Shown here: one piece after another, positions 12,400-24,362 of the stretch
Position numbering within the stretch: position 1 is the stretch's first letter
Layout: every line of letters begins with the position of its first letter
Assembly: GCF_000143415.4 (NCBI RefSeq)
Contig: NW_003314265.1
Span: 324,405 to 388,404 of the forward strand
Length of the DNA: 64,000 nt
Direction of reading: 5' to 3'
Source of the DNA: Selaginella moellendorffii
Lineage: Eukaryota > Plantae > Lycopodiophyta
The notes under the pieces: model-generated
The model's input: only the letters and a program-made list of their open reading frames with translations
The model's database searches: none
What the model was told of the DNA's origin: nothing
Program-made: the position numbers and the translations under genes

Positions 12400-14049
12400 A
12401 TGGCGGCAGCGGCTTCGATGCGAGGGCTCGTCCCAGCTCTCGCCTGTGATCGTCGCGGCGGCGGCTTCGATCGCGGCATTCCTACCAGGATCGCGTGTTC
12501 TTCCGAGAATCTGGCAGATGGAGCGCCTGATCTCAGCGTCAGCGTCAATGGATTGAGGCTCCCGAATCCCTTCGTCATCGGATCGGGGCCCCCGGGGACG
12601 AATTACACGGTCATGAAGAAGGCATTCGATGAAGGCTGGGGCGCCGTGATCTCCAAGACGGTAAGTCGCTCGATCCCTTGCTCATCTGGATAAATCTGGA
12701 ATCTTTATTCTCGGGAATGTTGGGCAATATCCACTGTGCGAATTTTTTTTCTTGTTTTGGACAGTTGTCTCTGGATTCCACGAAAGTGATCAATGTAACA
12801 CCAAGGTATGCTCGCATGCGATCGGGGAATGGTCCCAAGGACGTGATCGGGTGGGAGAACATCGAGCTTATCAGTGACAGACCTTTCGAGACAATGCTGG
12901 CCGAGCTGCGGAGATTAAAGCAGGAATACCCCGACCGGATTTTAATCGGCTCGATCATGGAAGAATACGACAAGGATGCGTGGGAAGAAATCATCGAACG
13001 AGTTGAGGCCACTGGTGTTGTAAGTTTGATCACACTTGGTTGCTATTGCTCTAACATAGTTTTTTCTCTTCCAGGATGCTTTGGAGATCAACTTTTCGTG
13101 CCCGCATGGAATGCCCGAGCGAAAAATGGGAGCTGCTGTTGGAAAGGATTGTGATCTTCTCGGCGAGGTTTGCAGCTGGATAAATGCCAAGGCAACAGTT
13201 CCAGTCTGGGCTAAAATGACACCAAATGTCACAGACATCACTCAGGTAGTGGAGCTCTCACACCTTTTTTATTCTTTTTTTTAGTGCGTGATCTTTCTAC
13301 TCATGGTGCATTTTATAGCCTGCGAGAACAGCAATCGAAGCTGGCTGCGAGGGCTTGTCAGCAATCAACACTATCACGAGCATCATGGGTATCAACCTCG
13401 ATACTTTACGACCTGAGCCATGCGTTGAAGGGTAATACCTTTGAGTTCTAAAACTGGGATTTTCACGGTCAAACGTTGTTATCTCAGGTACTCTACACCT
13501 GGCGGATACTCGTCCAGAGCTGTGCGTCCAATCGCTCTTGCAAAAGTGATGGCGATTGCGCAGATGCTCAAGTCCGAGTATCCCGATCGCAACATTTCTC
13601 TCTCTGGCATTGGTGGAGTTGAATCTGGAGACAATGCTGCGGAGTTCATTCTTCTAGGAGCTAATACAGTACAGGTTAGCTTGCTTGCTTGCTTGCTTGC
13701 TTGCTTCTTTCGACTTCTAGGCTTGTTTTCTCAGGTTTGCACAGGTGTGATGATGTATGGCTATCCACTCGTGAAACGACTTTGTAAAGAGCTGCAAGCG
13801 TTCATGGCCAAGCATAACTTCACATCCCTGGACGACTTCAGAGGGTATTCTAAACTCTTTCTCTCTCCTTGACTCGTGAATTTTGGTTCCAGGACATCTT
13901 TGCAGTACATGACTACACACACCGATCTCGTCCAAAGGCAGCAAGAGGCGATTAGGAGCCGACGCGCTGCTCGCAAGGGCCTAGCCTCGGACAAGGACTG
14001 GACAGGCGATGGTTTTGTGAAGGAGACGGAGCTCATGGTTTCCAATTGA
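12400..14049 (+). CDS. PYD1: Dihydropyrimidine dehydrogenase, plastid (PYD1)
   Basis: Transit peptide followed by DLSVSVNGLRLPNPFVIGSGPPGTNY, IGWENIELISDRP, EINFSCPHGMPERKMG, WAKMTPNVTDI and C-terminal DKDWTGDGFVKETELMVSN*. Confidence 0.95.
13678..13706. repeat. (TTGC)n microsatellite in a PYD1 intron
   Basis: Tandem gcttgcttgcttgcttgcttgcttgctt. Confidence 0.9.
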
Positions 14050-14283
14050 AAGTACTTCTGTACAGAACAAGCAAAGTAAGTATTTTTGCAATAATTTCCC
14101 GAAGCTTTGATTAAATCACTGACTTTGCAGCATAAATAAAATGATACATAATAAAAGAAGAATTACGGAAAGAAAGTTCCATATACGAGTGAACCGTTTT
14201 CCCTAACTAGAGAAATAACAAAACCATAGCTATTGATTACTTGATTTGCTACTATATTATTAAAACAACATTCACATTCTTTT

Positions 14284-15583
14284 CTATCCATTCCATCTTT
14301 GCAAGAATGACTTTCCCGCTTCGTAAGTCGCCCAACTGATGGCTGCCGCTGGGGTGTGGAACAAAATCCTGGGCATCATCCCTTTAAACAGTGCCCCTAT
14401 CCCTTCGTGCGACGCGATCGTCCTCGCTACTTCTAGCACCGAGCTGGAGCTGAATCTCTCGGCGCCACAAACTCCCTACACGAGCAAAGCTCCAAAAGAG
14501 AGAAAATTTTAGCCTTCCGAGTGTGCGGAGGGGCGTCCTACAAAACTCCAAAGCTGGACAGTCAATCATGCAGCTCTTGGGAATCTAAAACAAGCCAGGA
14601 AATCTAGAACAACGAGCAAGCAATCTAAGCTACTAAGAGAAATAGAAACATGACAAACCTCATCGAATCTAGAAAACATCTAAACTAAACCGAAGAGCAC
14701 ACAATCAATCTCAAGGCAAAAGAATCGAGCATACCTGGCACTGGAGCCGGGTCTTGACAACATCCAGCGGCGTGGTGACAGCGCTGGCGAGAGCTCCCGC
14801 GGATCCACCAGCGACGACGTGAGTAACGAGGTGTTCCTCACTCATACCACCAACACCACCACCACCACCCTGGAGCTCCCCGAGCGCCTTCTTGGCCGCC
14901 TCGTACGTAGCAAAGTGGACGCCAGTGAACGGGACGTTCATCACCACCGTGGTCCTATACGAGGCATAGAAGCCTCTCAATCCCTCGCTCCTCGCGATCT
15001 TCCTGACGCAATCGCCCAGTCCGGCGTAGGGGCTGTTCTTGAGCTGGAGCCTTTGCTTCACCACGTCCATTGGAGTGGAGACCGCGTCGCTGGCAATGGT
15101 GGCGCAAGCTCCAGCGGACATATGAGCGATTGGATGGTAGCCCCCTCCTCCCCCACCATCCACCTCAAATCTCCTCTTGCATTCTTCGTAGGCTGCGAAG
15201 TAGACCGCGTGAGAAGGCCCGGCTCCCAGAACCATGGCTCCCACGCCCCGGTATAATCCCAGAGGACCCTCATGCTTGAGCAAGCTTACGAGCGATCTGG
15301 AAATCGTGCTGCTCGATCCAACTGTAGCAGCGGCAGTAGCTCCCGACCCTCCGCACGGGCTTGTGATCATTTGGATTCTCGTCTTGAGCGTGTCCACTGG
15401 AAACATCGCGACGTGCTCCACGATCCCGGCCAAGGAGCCGGCTAGCATATGTTGCCGGAAACCGAGCTCGCCTTCTTCTCCATCTTCTTGCTGCTGCTCG
15501 ACTCGGCGATCTTGCACGACCTGTAAGGGATTCTTGTGGAGCGGCACTCTTTCCCGCAATTCCGATGCTGTGTCGGTCGCCAT
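14284..15583 (-). CDS. Mitoferrin-like mitochondrial iron carrier (SLC25), two exons
   Basis: Motifs HMLAGSLAGIVEHVAMFPVDTLKTR, GAGPSHAVYF, ASYRTTVVMNVPFTGVHF, TTPLDVVKTRLQCQ/GVCG and PRILFHTPAAAISWATYE. Intron 14476-14734. Confidence 0.92.
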
Positions 15584-17134
15584 GGCCGGGAATCTGCGAG
15601 GATCCGACGCTCAATCCATCGCAAGAACTGGGAAGAGTCGAAATATTTCCAGAGAGAATGGAAAGGAACAGAGCCTCCCAAGATCTTCTCTCAAATAATT
15701 CAGCCCGGAAGAAAGAAAAGGAGTGGACGACGACGGAAGAGTCTCTCGTCCTAGCGACGTAATCGCTGCATAAGCACGAGGATCAAGCTATGGCGCTGCG
15801 TTGCCGCACATACCCTAAGATGAGAGTCACTAAGAAACGAGGAATTCCCCTTGAGTCGCGATGGGATCGATCTGCCCGCCGTTACGTTGCGCGGATGGTA
15901 CGATCCTCCAAAAGCTGCGCTTGCTGCTACTATGATCCGTGCTAGCGCTAGGATCAAACAAGCGCTCTTCACAGCTCTCTAGGGCTGTACATTTCCGTCG
16001 TGTTCTAGCCCTCCCATTACATTGGCGCGCGAGAAAGAGCTTCCATAGCCCTCTCCATCCATGCCGTCCGTGCGCCAGGCGCATCCACGGTCGCTGTTGC
16101 GCCAAAACAGCAAGCTACGTGGGGCGATCGGGACTGTCCAGGTTTAGCCTGCCGACGGACGCGATGATGACCCCTGACACGTCGGATTTAGGGCTCGCCG
16201 CGTCGCACTACGTGGCGGGGAGCATATCCTGCGGATATTTTGGGGTATATTCTGCGTGAAAGTTTAGTGAAAGAGAGGGTGGACCACATATCCAACTTTG
16301 TTTCTTGTCATTCATATCGTGGGTGGGCCTCCAACAAAGCTGCTCCAAGCTACAATGACAACATTTTGTATGGTTTTAATTGTTTATTCCTTTTGCGATT
16401 TTGACCTAATAGCCCACCGGTGGAGGTTGCAAACGTCTTTCACCATCTTTCCTTTGCATTGTGAACTTTTATGTCCATACAATGAGCTGCTGTGTTGTTT
16501 GTACGCTTGCGTGGGCTCGATTGACGCTTCTTCGAGAAATCTCAGTCGCGGACATTTATCCGAATCGCGTGCCGAGCACAAGCTCCAGTCCCACACGCAA
16601 TAATGCAACCCCACTTTTCTAATGTCCAGCCAATCCCATTTTGCCTATCAAAGGAAACGTATAAAGACTTCTTGTAGTCAAAGTGTCACTTTTGTCAGTG
16701 AGAGACACACAAGTTGTAACAAAGAAAAATGAGAGGAAAAAGCATTAGAATAATTTGCTACATGTAGCATGCTTTGCTTAATAGTAGTATCATTCATAAT
16801 CAAATTGATCAATAATTATAAACATGTTTATAATTTATATATCAAGATTAATATTATTGCATATCAATAGTAGAATAAACAAGAATATACTAGAAAGTGT
16901 TTAGGAAAGTTTATAAATTTAAATGAATACAATAGTAAAATATTCAAGTATATTCCAAGTATCACTGATAAAATTAACTAATATTAGTCAATGAAAGTCA
17001 ACAATAGTTTTGAAGATTTTCCTTAACCCTTGAGAAATAAATTGATGTGTTGAAAGTCCTCTTCAAATCGATCACGCCTTGATCTGTGTGGATAAGAGGT
17101 ACGAGTCACTGTTGTGCTCTCGACCGTAGAGAGA

Positions 17135-18901
17135 ATGGCGAGAGGATCATGGGTACTATGCGTCATGCTGCTCGACATCGCTTTGGCATTTGCAGCAGAT
17201 CCACAACACCTGGTGCAGGACCTTCCAGGGCAGCCAGCAGTGGGATTCAAGCACTACGCAGGCCAAATCCAGATCAATGCCACTGCAGATCGTTCACTCT
17301 TCTATTGGTTTTATGAGGCAGATCATCCAAATGCTTCCTCATTGCCATTGGTGCTATGGCTCAATGGAGGTTTGTAATAAGATACAACCTGTAGATCGAG
17401 TTCTCTTTTCTCTCGCAGGGCCAGGGTGTTCATCCATTGGAGCTGGAGCTCTCGAAGAAATCGGCCCTTTCCGTGTGAATGCTACAGCCACAGGGTTGTT
17501 CCTCAACCCATATTCCTGGAACAAAGGTCTTGCTTGTGATTAGGTCAAAGTTAAATTCAATAGTAATACTAGTTTACAGCTGCAAATTTTATCTTTTTGG
17601 AGGTTCCTTACAACACCGGATTCTCGTTTACAAATTTGCTATCAGATGATGGGTTCTGGACAGACAATCAAACAGGTCAGTAAACTTATGAATTTAAGTA
17701 CTTTTGTATTATGAAGTTTTGACTGTGCAACCACAGCTGTGGATTCGTTGTTGTTTCTCATCGAGTTTCTATCCAAGTTCTCAGAGTATAAGCAGAACGA
17801 ATTTTATATTGCAGGGGAGAGCTTTGCAGGTCCGATATTTTCCATCCTTTATGGTTTTTTTTCATGTCCTTATATAACAGGGCATTTTATTCCAACATTG
17901 GCTTCTAAGATTATTGGGCATAATCAGCAAGGTGACAATCCAATCAAGTTTAAAGGATTTGCAGTAAGTGGTTTTCATGTGCTTGGAGAAATTAAAATCC
18001 ATGGTTTTTTTCCTTTCACTAGATTGGCAATCCTTCTACAGATGACTTATACGACGTCCCTGGTAACAGAGAGACACTCTTCGCCCATGCGGTGATCTCC
18101 GAGGAACTTTATGAAGGAGAGAAGCTCTACTGTAACAAACCAAATGCAACCGAAGAAGAATCCATGAAATGCTCCAACATCTCTTTGCAAATCTTTACCT
18201 TGCAACTCCAAGTCAGTCCTTACAATCTTTACTCAGTGCCGACGTGCAATCCCTGCTTCGATGCTGTGACAAACTATCTCAATCTTCCGGAAGTCCAAGC
18301 TGCATTACACGTTCAGACCAGGCCAGTGCGCTGGACTAGATGCAAGTAAGTACAAATTACTAATAACTTGCTAATATCATTCTTTGCAGCCCAAGTATCG
18401 ACAGGAGCTACTTGCCAATCGACAAGCAGCGGTCAATGCTTCCAGTGTACAGAGATCTGTTTGAGCATAATCTAAGAATATGGATTTACAGGTTGGTACA
18501 TAAATGTTTTGATTATACTGCATTTTGTGAAATATTTCTTTAATTGCAGTGGGGATGTGGATAGCGTGGTTTCCACACTCTCGACTCGACGCTGGCTCAA
18601 AGCACTCAACCTGAGCGTCGTGACCTCATGGTATGGATGGGGGTACCCGGGCGAGGGGGTGAGTGAATCTTTAGAGTATCATTTCAATCATCTAGAGTTT
18701 GATGATGTTTTGCAATTTAAGATTGCCTATCTGGGAGGGCGAGCTGAGGTGTATGATTCATTGACATTTGCGTCGGTGAGAGGTGCTGGGCATCAGGTTC
18801 CAAGAGACAAGCCAGGAGAGGCGCTGTTTCTCTTTAAGCATTTCATTGCAGGGACACAACTTCCACCAGCAAATGATCTACTTCTTGTTAATAGATTGTA
18901 G
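17135..18901 (+). CDS. Serine carboxypeptidase-like protein (peptidase S10), secreted
   Basis: Signal peptide, [21 protein letters not shown] and EEIGPF. Catalytic S (GESFAGH), D (SGDVDSVV) and H (GAGHQVP). The junctions I traced stay in frame. Confidence 0.92.
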
Positions 18902-18938
18902 AGATCTTTGCCTATAGATAAAGGATATATTCGATGGA

Positions 18939-20417
18939 ATGCCTTCCATCGGAGAAGCCCAATGCCGAGACTCGCCCATCTTCGCGTCTCTCTTGCGGAG
19001 CTCCGGATCGGCCGCGGAGGTGGAGCGCGCACATTCGCAGATCGCAAGAAATGGCGGAGATCGCGAGACCTTTCTTGGGAATCTGCTGGTTCAGATGTAT
19101 GGGCGATTTGGGCGCGTCGAGAATGCCGCGGCTGCGTTTGAAAGGATCGCCATCAAGAACGTCTACTCCTGGAATCTCATGCTCGCAGTATTTGCCGACA
19201 ATGGGCATTTGGAACGAGCGATGGAGAGTTTTGAAATGGCGCCGGAGAAGGATGCGTGCTCGTGGACGACAATGCTCGTGGCTTACGCGCGCAATGGTTT
19301 TGTGGATCGAGCGAAGGATCTCTTTGATGCGATGCCGCGGCGAGATCTTGTGGCCTGGAACTCGATGATCGCAACTTATAGCCAGAACGGGCATCCCTGG
19401 CAAGCGATCTCTCTGCACAGGAGGATGAACCTCGAGGGGATCAAGCCCGACGAGCTGACGATCATCAGCCTCCTGGATTCCTGCTCGCTGGGAATTGGCG
19501 ATCGCTCTTTGCTCGACGAGGCAAAGTCGATACACTCGACGATCATCCGGCACAGCAGCGAGCTCTCCACCAGCCTCAAAGTTTGCAACGCTCTCATCCA
19601 CCTCTACGGCCGATCCAAGCTCCTCGAGCAAGCCATGGAGATCTTCCAGGGAATGGTTACCAGGGATTGCATCTCCTGGACATCGATCGTCGCGGCGCTC
19701 AACCAGAGCGGCGACTCCAAGCGCGCGCTTGCCGCCTTTCGATCAATGGAGCTCCACGGGATCAAGCCCAGCAGCGTCACCATGATCGAGGCCCTGGACG
19801 CGTGCGCGATCGCGGGTGCCATAGCCGAGGGCCGGGAGCTCCACGCGAGGACGGTGGCGGCGGGCTCATTCCTGCGAGACCTTAGCGTACGGAACGCGGT
19901 TCTTAGCATGTACGGCAGGTGTGGCAACTTGGTGGAAGCCCGGGTGGTGTTTGAGGAGATGGAGATTCCCGGGCGGGACGTTGTGACTTGGAACGCGATG
20001 GTGGCGGCGTATGCTAGAAACGGCGCTGGATGGGAAGCTTTCGAGCTGTTCCAGCGGATGAAGCTCGAGGGGATTGATCCGGATGGTATCACCGTGGTTT
20101 GCATCGTGTCGGCGTGTAGCCACTCGGGGCTGGCTCGCCATGGTTTGAGCTGCGTCGCGTCGATCTATGGCGACTTTGGAGTGGAGGCGAGGGCGGAGCA
20201 TCTGAATTGCGTGCTGGATTTGCTGGGGCGGATTGGGTCTAGCGTGGAGGAAGCTGGGGATTTGAGCAGCGTGGATGAGGTTGGAGTGAGGACTTTGCTG
20301 GGAGCTTGCCGGGTTCACGGTGGTGGTCGTGGTTTGATTGGCTCGTCGGGAAATTTTGGTGGTGCTTGTTCGACGGAGCGGTATGTGATGATCTCCAACA
20401 TCTGTGCTCAGAAGTAG
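18939..20417 (+). CDS. PLS-class pentatricopeptide repeat protein, single exon, degenerate E domain, no DYW
   Basis: Repeated PPR motifs (NLLVQMYGRFG, SWTTMLVAYARNG, WNAMVAAYARNG, SACSHSG, HLNCVLDLLGRIG). E-like end TLLGACRVHG...YVMISNI*. Confidence 0.9.
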   Translation: MPSIGEAQCRDSPIFASLLRSSGSAAEVERAHSQIARNGGDRETFLGNLLVQMYGRFGRVENAAAAFERIAIKNVYSWNLMLAVFADNGHLERAMESFEMAPEKDACSWTTMLVAYARNGFVDRAKDLFDAMPRRDLVAWNSMIATYSQNGHPWQAISLHRRMNLEGIKPDELTIISLLDSCSLGIGDRSLLDEAKSIHSTIIRHSSELSTSLKVCNALIHLYGRSKLLEQAMEIFQGMVTRDCISWTSIVAALNQSGDSKRALAAFRSMELHGIKPSSVTMIEALDACAIAGAIAEGRELHARTVAAGSFLRDLSVRNAVLSMYGRCGNLVEARVVFEEMEIPGRDVVTWNAMVAAYARNGAGWEAFELFQRMKLEGIDPDGITVVCIVSACSHSGLARHGLSCVASIYGDFGVEARAEHLNCVLDLLGRIGSSVEEAGDLSSVDEVGVRTLLGACRVHGGGRGLIGSSGNFGGACSTERYVMISNICAQK

Positions 20418-22271
20418 CATTTTATTGTTTATCAAAAATGTAAATTCAAAAAAAATCTAATTCCACCAAGTCCATGCAATCTTCTTCATTGCCAATTCTC
20501 CATTTTGTAATTGGAAACCCATGGCTCGAGTTCAGATTTGAAGGGCAATTGGCAGGATCTCAGTCTCACGAAGCTCATGGGCTGCTAGCACCAAAGTCTC
20601 AGATAGGAAAATCAAGAAAAAAATAAAATAAGGCACAAAGTAACAAGCAATAATTGTTCCACACTTTGCAGTTTCACCAGATTGTCAATGCTGTGACATG
20701 GATTTTCACAGCTTAATTTTAATTTCTGTAAATTTGAAGCAGCTAATGTTTTTGTGAATTGGAATCATTCTATCCATTCTCGCTAAAAAAATGCTTGATG
20801 GTTATGCTCCTCCTATGATTAAAACTTTCAGAATTTCATTTATTAAAATAAATTAATTTTTTGGATCAAAATCAAAAATTTTTATTCTGAGAAAAATATA
20901 AACATCACAAAACTAATCACATTTTTTTAGGTATTTTTGGGGTAATTTCAGCTTCTTTTTTTATCACTTATATGTATGTGCAATTGCTCTATAAATTAAT
21001 TTTTTTATTGCAAAAAACTACAATAGCTAATTTAGATTTAAAGTAGTACAACTATATTTAAATAAATTTTTAGCTATAAATTTAGTTTTAATTAGCAGTA
21101 ATAATATATTTGAAAAATAAGATATAATTTACTGAGATAAACTAGTTTTTAATTAATATTAATAACTTCGAACTTTTTTGTTAGAAAATAAGATATAAAA
21201 TTTAGTAAAAAGTTAAGTTAGTAGTAGCAGTAAGGATATAAGTAATAATTCAGTAAAAACTCTCTTATTTGAAAGTAACCCTGTAATGAGTTAAAATTTC
21301 AACCTCAGATTTTATTATAGTTAAGTGTTTACTTTGGCTAGCTTTCATTGCTAACAATATATTTTTGCCATGGATGGCCATGGGTGTATCATTGGTGCTC
21401 ACAGAACATATCTCAAGCAGGTATAAAATGATTTTGGTCAACACTCTTATGTTCACAAGTTTGGGCAGTGGTTAAAACTTTATTGGAATTTGTTACTATG
21501 ATACAAATGATTGGAGAATTTTAAATCTGACATCAATTTAAATGTGTTTTTTAAAAGTTTTTATAGCATTAAACCTTGATTACAAACAAATTAGAGAAAA
21601 ATTTAACAATGAGGAATATCTTAGAATATACTTGGATATTCTAAGTATATTCTTTACACTTCACACAATATCTAATGTAAATTATATCTAGGTTTTCTAA
21701 AGAAAATAAAAAATAGTACTCTCATCTTTCAAGATTAAAATAATTTCTTTGCAATGTGCACAGGGCATTCACCCATCACTGGTGAGTGACAGGTTCGCTC
21801 AGTCTTTTTTCTTTTTTGCTTCTTTTTTTTTCTTTTGCTATTAATGGAGGACTGGCTTTGTGCACAAGAGGTGTACAGCATGGTCTCGAGCTTTGGATCA
21901 ATCTCTCCTGCAAGTTGAAGTTTGTGTTTTCTTTGTTCCATCAGAGTATCAGGATCGACCCAAAGTGAATCTGCACTTCGTGTGAGCTGTGCCTTTGCTT
22001 CCAAAAGCTGGCCAGCCTTCCAGAGTATAAGCGAATTTCCAGTTGAATGGTCACGTCAAGATACATGGTTGGTGGTGCTTGGAGACGGTGTCATGGTGTG
22101 AAACGTGTAGCCATCGCCAGGCAGCCTCTCAACGAGCAACACGGCCCGTTGTCATGAACACGACTACATTATTGCATTTTGAATGGGTGTTAAAGTTATA
22201 AACAAACAATACAAAATAATTTGTCACAGCAAATATTACAATGCAATATCATATTGTGTGAAAGCCAAGAA

Positions 22272-23723
22272 CTACTTTGGGACTCTCCTTAATGCTCTAC
22301 GTATGCGATCTCCAGTCCACAGCATAATCTCTGACGCCGAGAAATAGCGTGTGAAGAGATGGTCTTGTAGCAACACTTCTCTGTCCTGGTGATGCAGCCC
22401 AATGACAATCTCTATTGACTTGGGCCTTGGCGAGGGCAGCATTGCAACAAATGGCATGTGTGGTGGAACTTTGCTGGGCAGAAAGCAAAGTTGGGAAAGT
22501 GCTCCTCCTCGCCACCCAAAATCGAGACCATACATGTGGAAATTGGTCATGGTCGTGGACATGATTCCCCGCCTCCAGTGAAGTTCCTTGTGAAGATGAG
22601 CAGAATTCAGCTCCAACCAGTCCAGCATGCTCTGCACCGACGCTCTATTGCAGGAGATCTTCGCTTTGTGTATGAGATGCGCAGCATACGATAAGTCCGA
22701 AGCAACTATGTCGCCAGCTCGAGACGCATGAACCTGACAATTGGCAACGGCATTGCCGAAATAATTTTGGGGGACGACTGCTAGCTTCTGGCCACGCAGG
22801 TTGATAGAGAACAAGATAGCCGTGTCAAGGTGTTGAGGAACTCCCTGTGCACGTAGCATGGACGACCATAGCAGGGACAACACGGCCTCAAAGCCCGTAG
22901 CTTTTCCACCGTTGTAGGCAAAGGCGCCGGTTTGAGCTTCTCGCTTGCAAGCGTCTATAGCAGCTTGCTCCATTCGAAGTGTCACCAGATTGCAAGGCGT
23001 GATGTTGCTTGGATCAATTTGCTTGTCGCGTGCAGCAGCGTCAATGATGAAAGGCACCGGTGCGTCCACCTTTGGAGGATCCCGAGCCAAGAGCGCCCGT
23101 TCTCTTCCAAAGCTCTCACAAAATAAAGTGCTGCCACGGTGAACTTTAGCCCATGCGTTGAGGAAGTTGTAGAGGCTGGAGCCGTCCAAAACGATGTGCA
23201 AAAAATGGACTGCTATGGCAATGCTCCCACAGTGAAACTGTGTCAATTGGAACTTGATAAGAGGAACATCGCTGGGGTTGACAACTCCGGTGTCGAGTGA
23301 TAAATCTATGTCTAGTGGACACTGGCGTATGTCTTGCCAATCTTGGAAGCTCGAGTCCACCTTTGACTCCACAAAGTGGACACCTTGACCGTTCATGTTT
23401 ACCTCGATCCTTCCACTCTCATTTACCCTGAGCCTTCCAGCGAGAACAGGATAAAATACTAGCACCTTGGAAAGTGAAGACCTGAGGCTGTCTACAAGGC
23501 TCTTGGCTCCTGTGGAAGGCGAGAAGCAATCCTTGAAGAAGAGCACAAGTGTGGAGAATTCTGGCTTGCTGTAGCAAAGATCAATGCTTGAGAGAAAATG
23601 AGGTGAAGGTGGTGGAACTTTCTTAGGCCGAACGACATGGAAGGCATATTGAACAACTTTACTGCTGCTTGATTGATTGCAATCTTGAAGAGATTCAGAA
23701 TTCATCTTACTAATCGCTTCCAT
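22272..23723 (-). CDS. BAHD acyl-CoA acyltransferase, single exon
   Basis: SLSKVLVFYPVLAGRL, QLTQFHCG, HxxxD motif (HIVLDG), NYFGNAV and a DFGW(R)G motif. Confidence 0.93.
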   Translation of the reverse strand: MEAISKMNSESLQDCNQSSSSKVVQYAFHVVRPKKVPPPSPHFLSSIDLCYSKPEFSTLVLFFKDCFSPSTGAKSLVDSLRSSLSKVLVFYPVLAGRLRVNESGRIEVNMNGQGVHFVESKVDSSFQDWQDIRQCPLDIDLSLDTGVVNPSDVPLIKFQLTQFHCGSIAIAVHFLHIVLDGSSLYNFLNAWAKVHRGSTLFCESFGRERALLARDPPKVDAPVPFIIDAAARDKQIDPSNITPCNLVTLRMEQAAIDACKREAQTGAFAYNGGKATGFEAVLSLLWSSMLRAQGVPQHLDTAILFSINLRGQKLAVVPQNYFGNAVANCQVHASRAGDIVASDLSYAAHLIHKAKISCNRASVQSMLDWLELNSAHLHKELHWRRGIMSTTMTNFHMYGLDFGWRGGALSQLCFLPSKVPPHMPFVAMLPSPRPKSIEIVIGLHHQDREVLLQDHLFTRYFSASEIMLWTGDRIRRALRRVPK

Positions 23724-23751
23724 TTCTGGTGCAGCAGTGTGTAAGGCATGA

Positions 23752-23761
23752 TTTTTTATAG
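23752..23761 (-). promoter_or_regulatory. Candidate TATA box of the BAHD gene
   Basis: CTATAAAAAA on the minus strand about 30 nt upstream of the ATG, which would imply a very short 5'UTR. Confidence 0.35.
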
Positions 23762-24167
23762 TAACTGCAAGCTTTCACTTTCCCCAACGTGAAACGGATG
23801 CAACAGCTAGGTGGTGGATTCTGGTTTAAGCATCACTTGTTTAAGCAGAAGTGGAATCTATATAATATAAATTATTGCTTTTCCATAACACGTTAGGGCT
23901 ATATAAACGTCAGTTTTTTGTTTTGATTTCGCTGTGGCGATGTCGTTGTTATGTATTTCTATTTCTTTGTGGCTATGGCATAAACTAATTGGCAGTCAGC
24001 AAAAAAGATGATGTCATATATGGAGTAGGCCTATTATATACTGCTCTCGTGGCCTCGTTTCACATCTGGCGTAAAAATTATTGGTGCAGCATCAAAGACT
24101 TGGCAAATGGTCAACTGGCACCGCTAGACTTGGTCACCTTCCAAACACTGTAATGCATGGGAACGTT

Positions 24168-24203
24168 CGCCGCCCGTGGGGTTCGAACCCAAGGTTAAAA
24201 GCC
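24168..24203 (-). pseudogene. tRNA-Lys(UUU) 3' fragment with internal deletion
   Basis: Minus strand reads GGCTTTTAACCTT-GGGTTCGAACCCCACGGGCGGCG: anticodon loop, T arm and 3' acceptor strand of plant tRNA-Lys. The variable loop and 5' half are missing. Confidence 0.65.
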
Positions 24204-24362
24204 TGGCCGGCTTGGGATTCTTAAGCAAGCTTATTCAATAGCACCGTTTTCGAATCGAGGAAACCTGCCGCGACTAGCAATGCCTGTTTGCAACGATAGT
24301 TTGGTAATAATCTTAACCATTAATTAGCTAACCTTAGAATATGCTACGCTTTTCCTGGTTAA

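Noticed and set aside
10500-15583. Two mitochondrial carriers flanking PYD1 as a tandem duplication or functional cluster
   Set aside because: They belong to distant SLC25 subfamilies and PYD1 is plastidial; the adjacency is probably incidental.
12331-15781. Identical 12-mer CCTCGTGCTTAT upstream of both PYD1 and mitoferrin
   Set aside because: Many chance 12-mer matches are expected within 64 kb over both strands, and there is no further support.
15750-16610. Short ORFs upstream of mitoferrin as conserved uORFs or an LTR
   Set aside because: No known conserved-peptide uORF or LTR boundary features were recognised.
18912-20435. Several long minus-strand ORFs over the PPR gene
   Set aside because: Antisense shadows of a GC-rich single-exon CDS.
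21735-22160. More GC-balanced patch with short ORFs downstream of BAHD, possibly a gene or transposon relic
   Set aside because: No recognisable domain, terminal repeats or target-site duplication.
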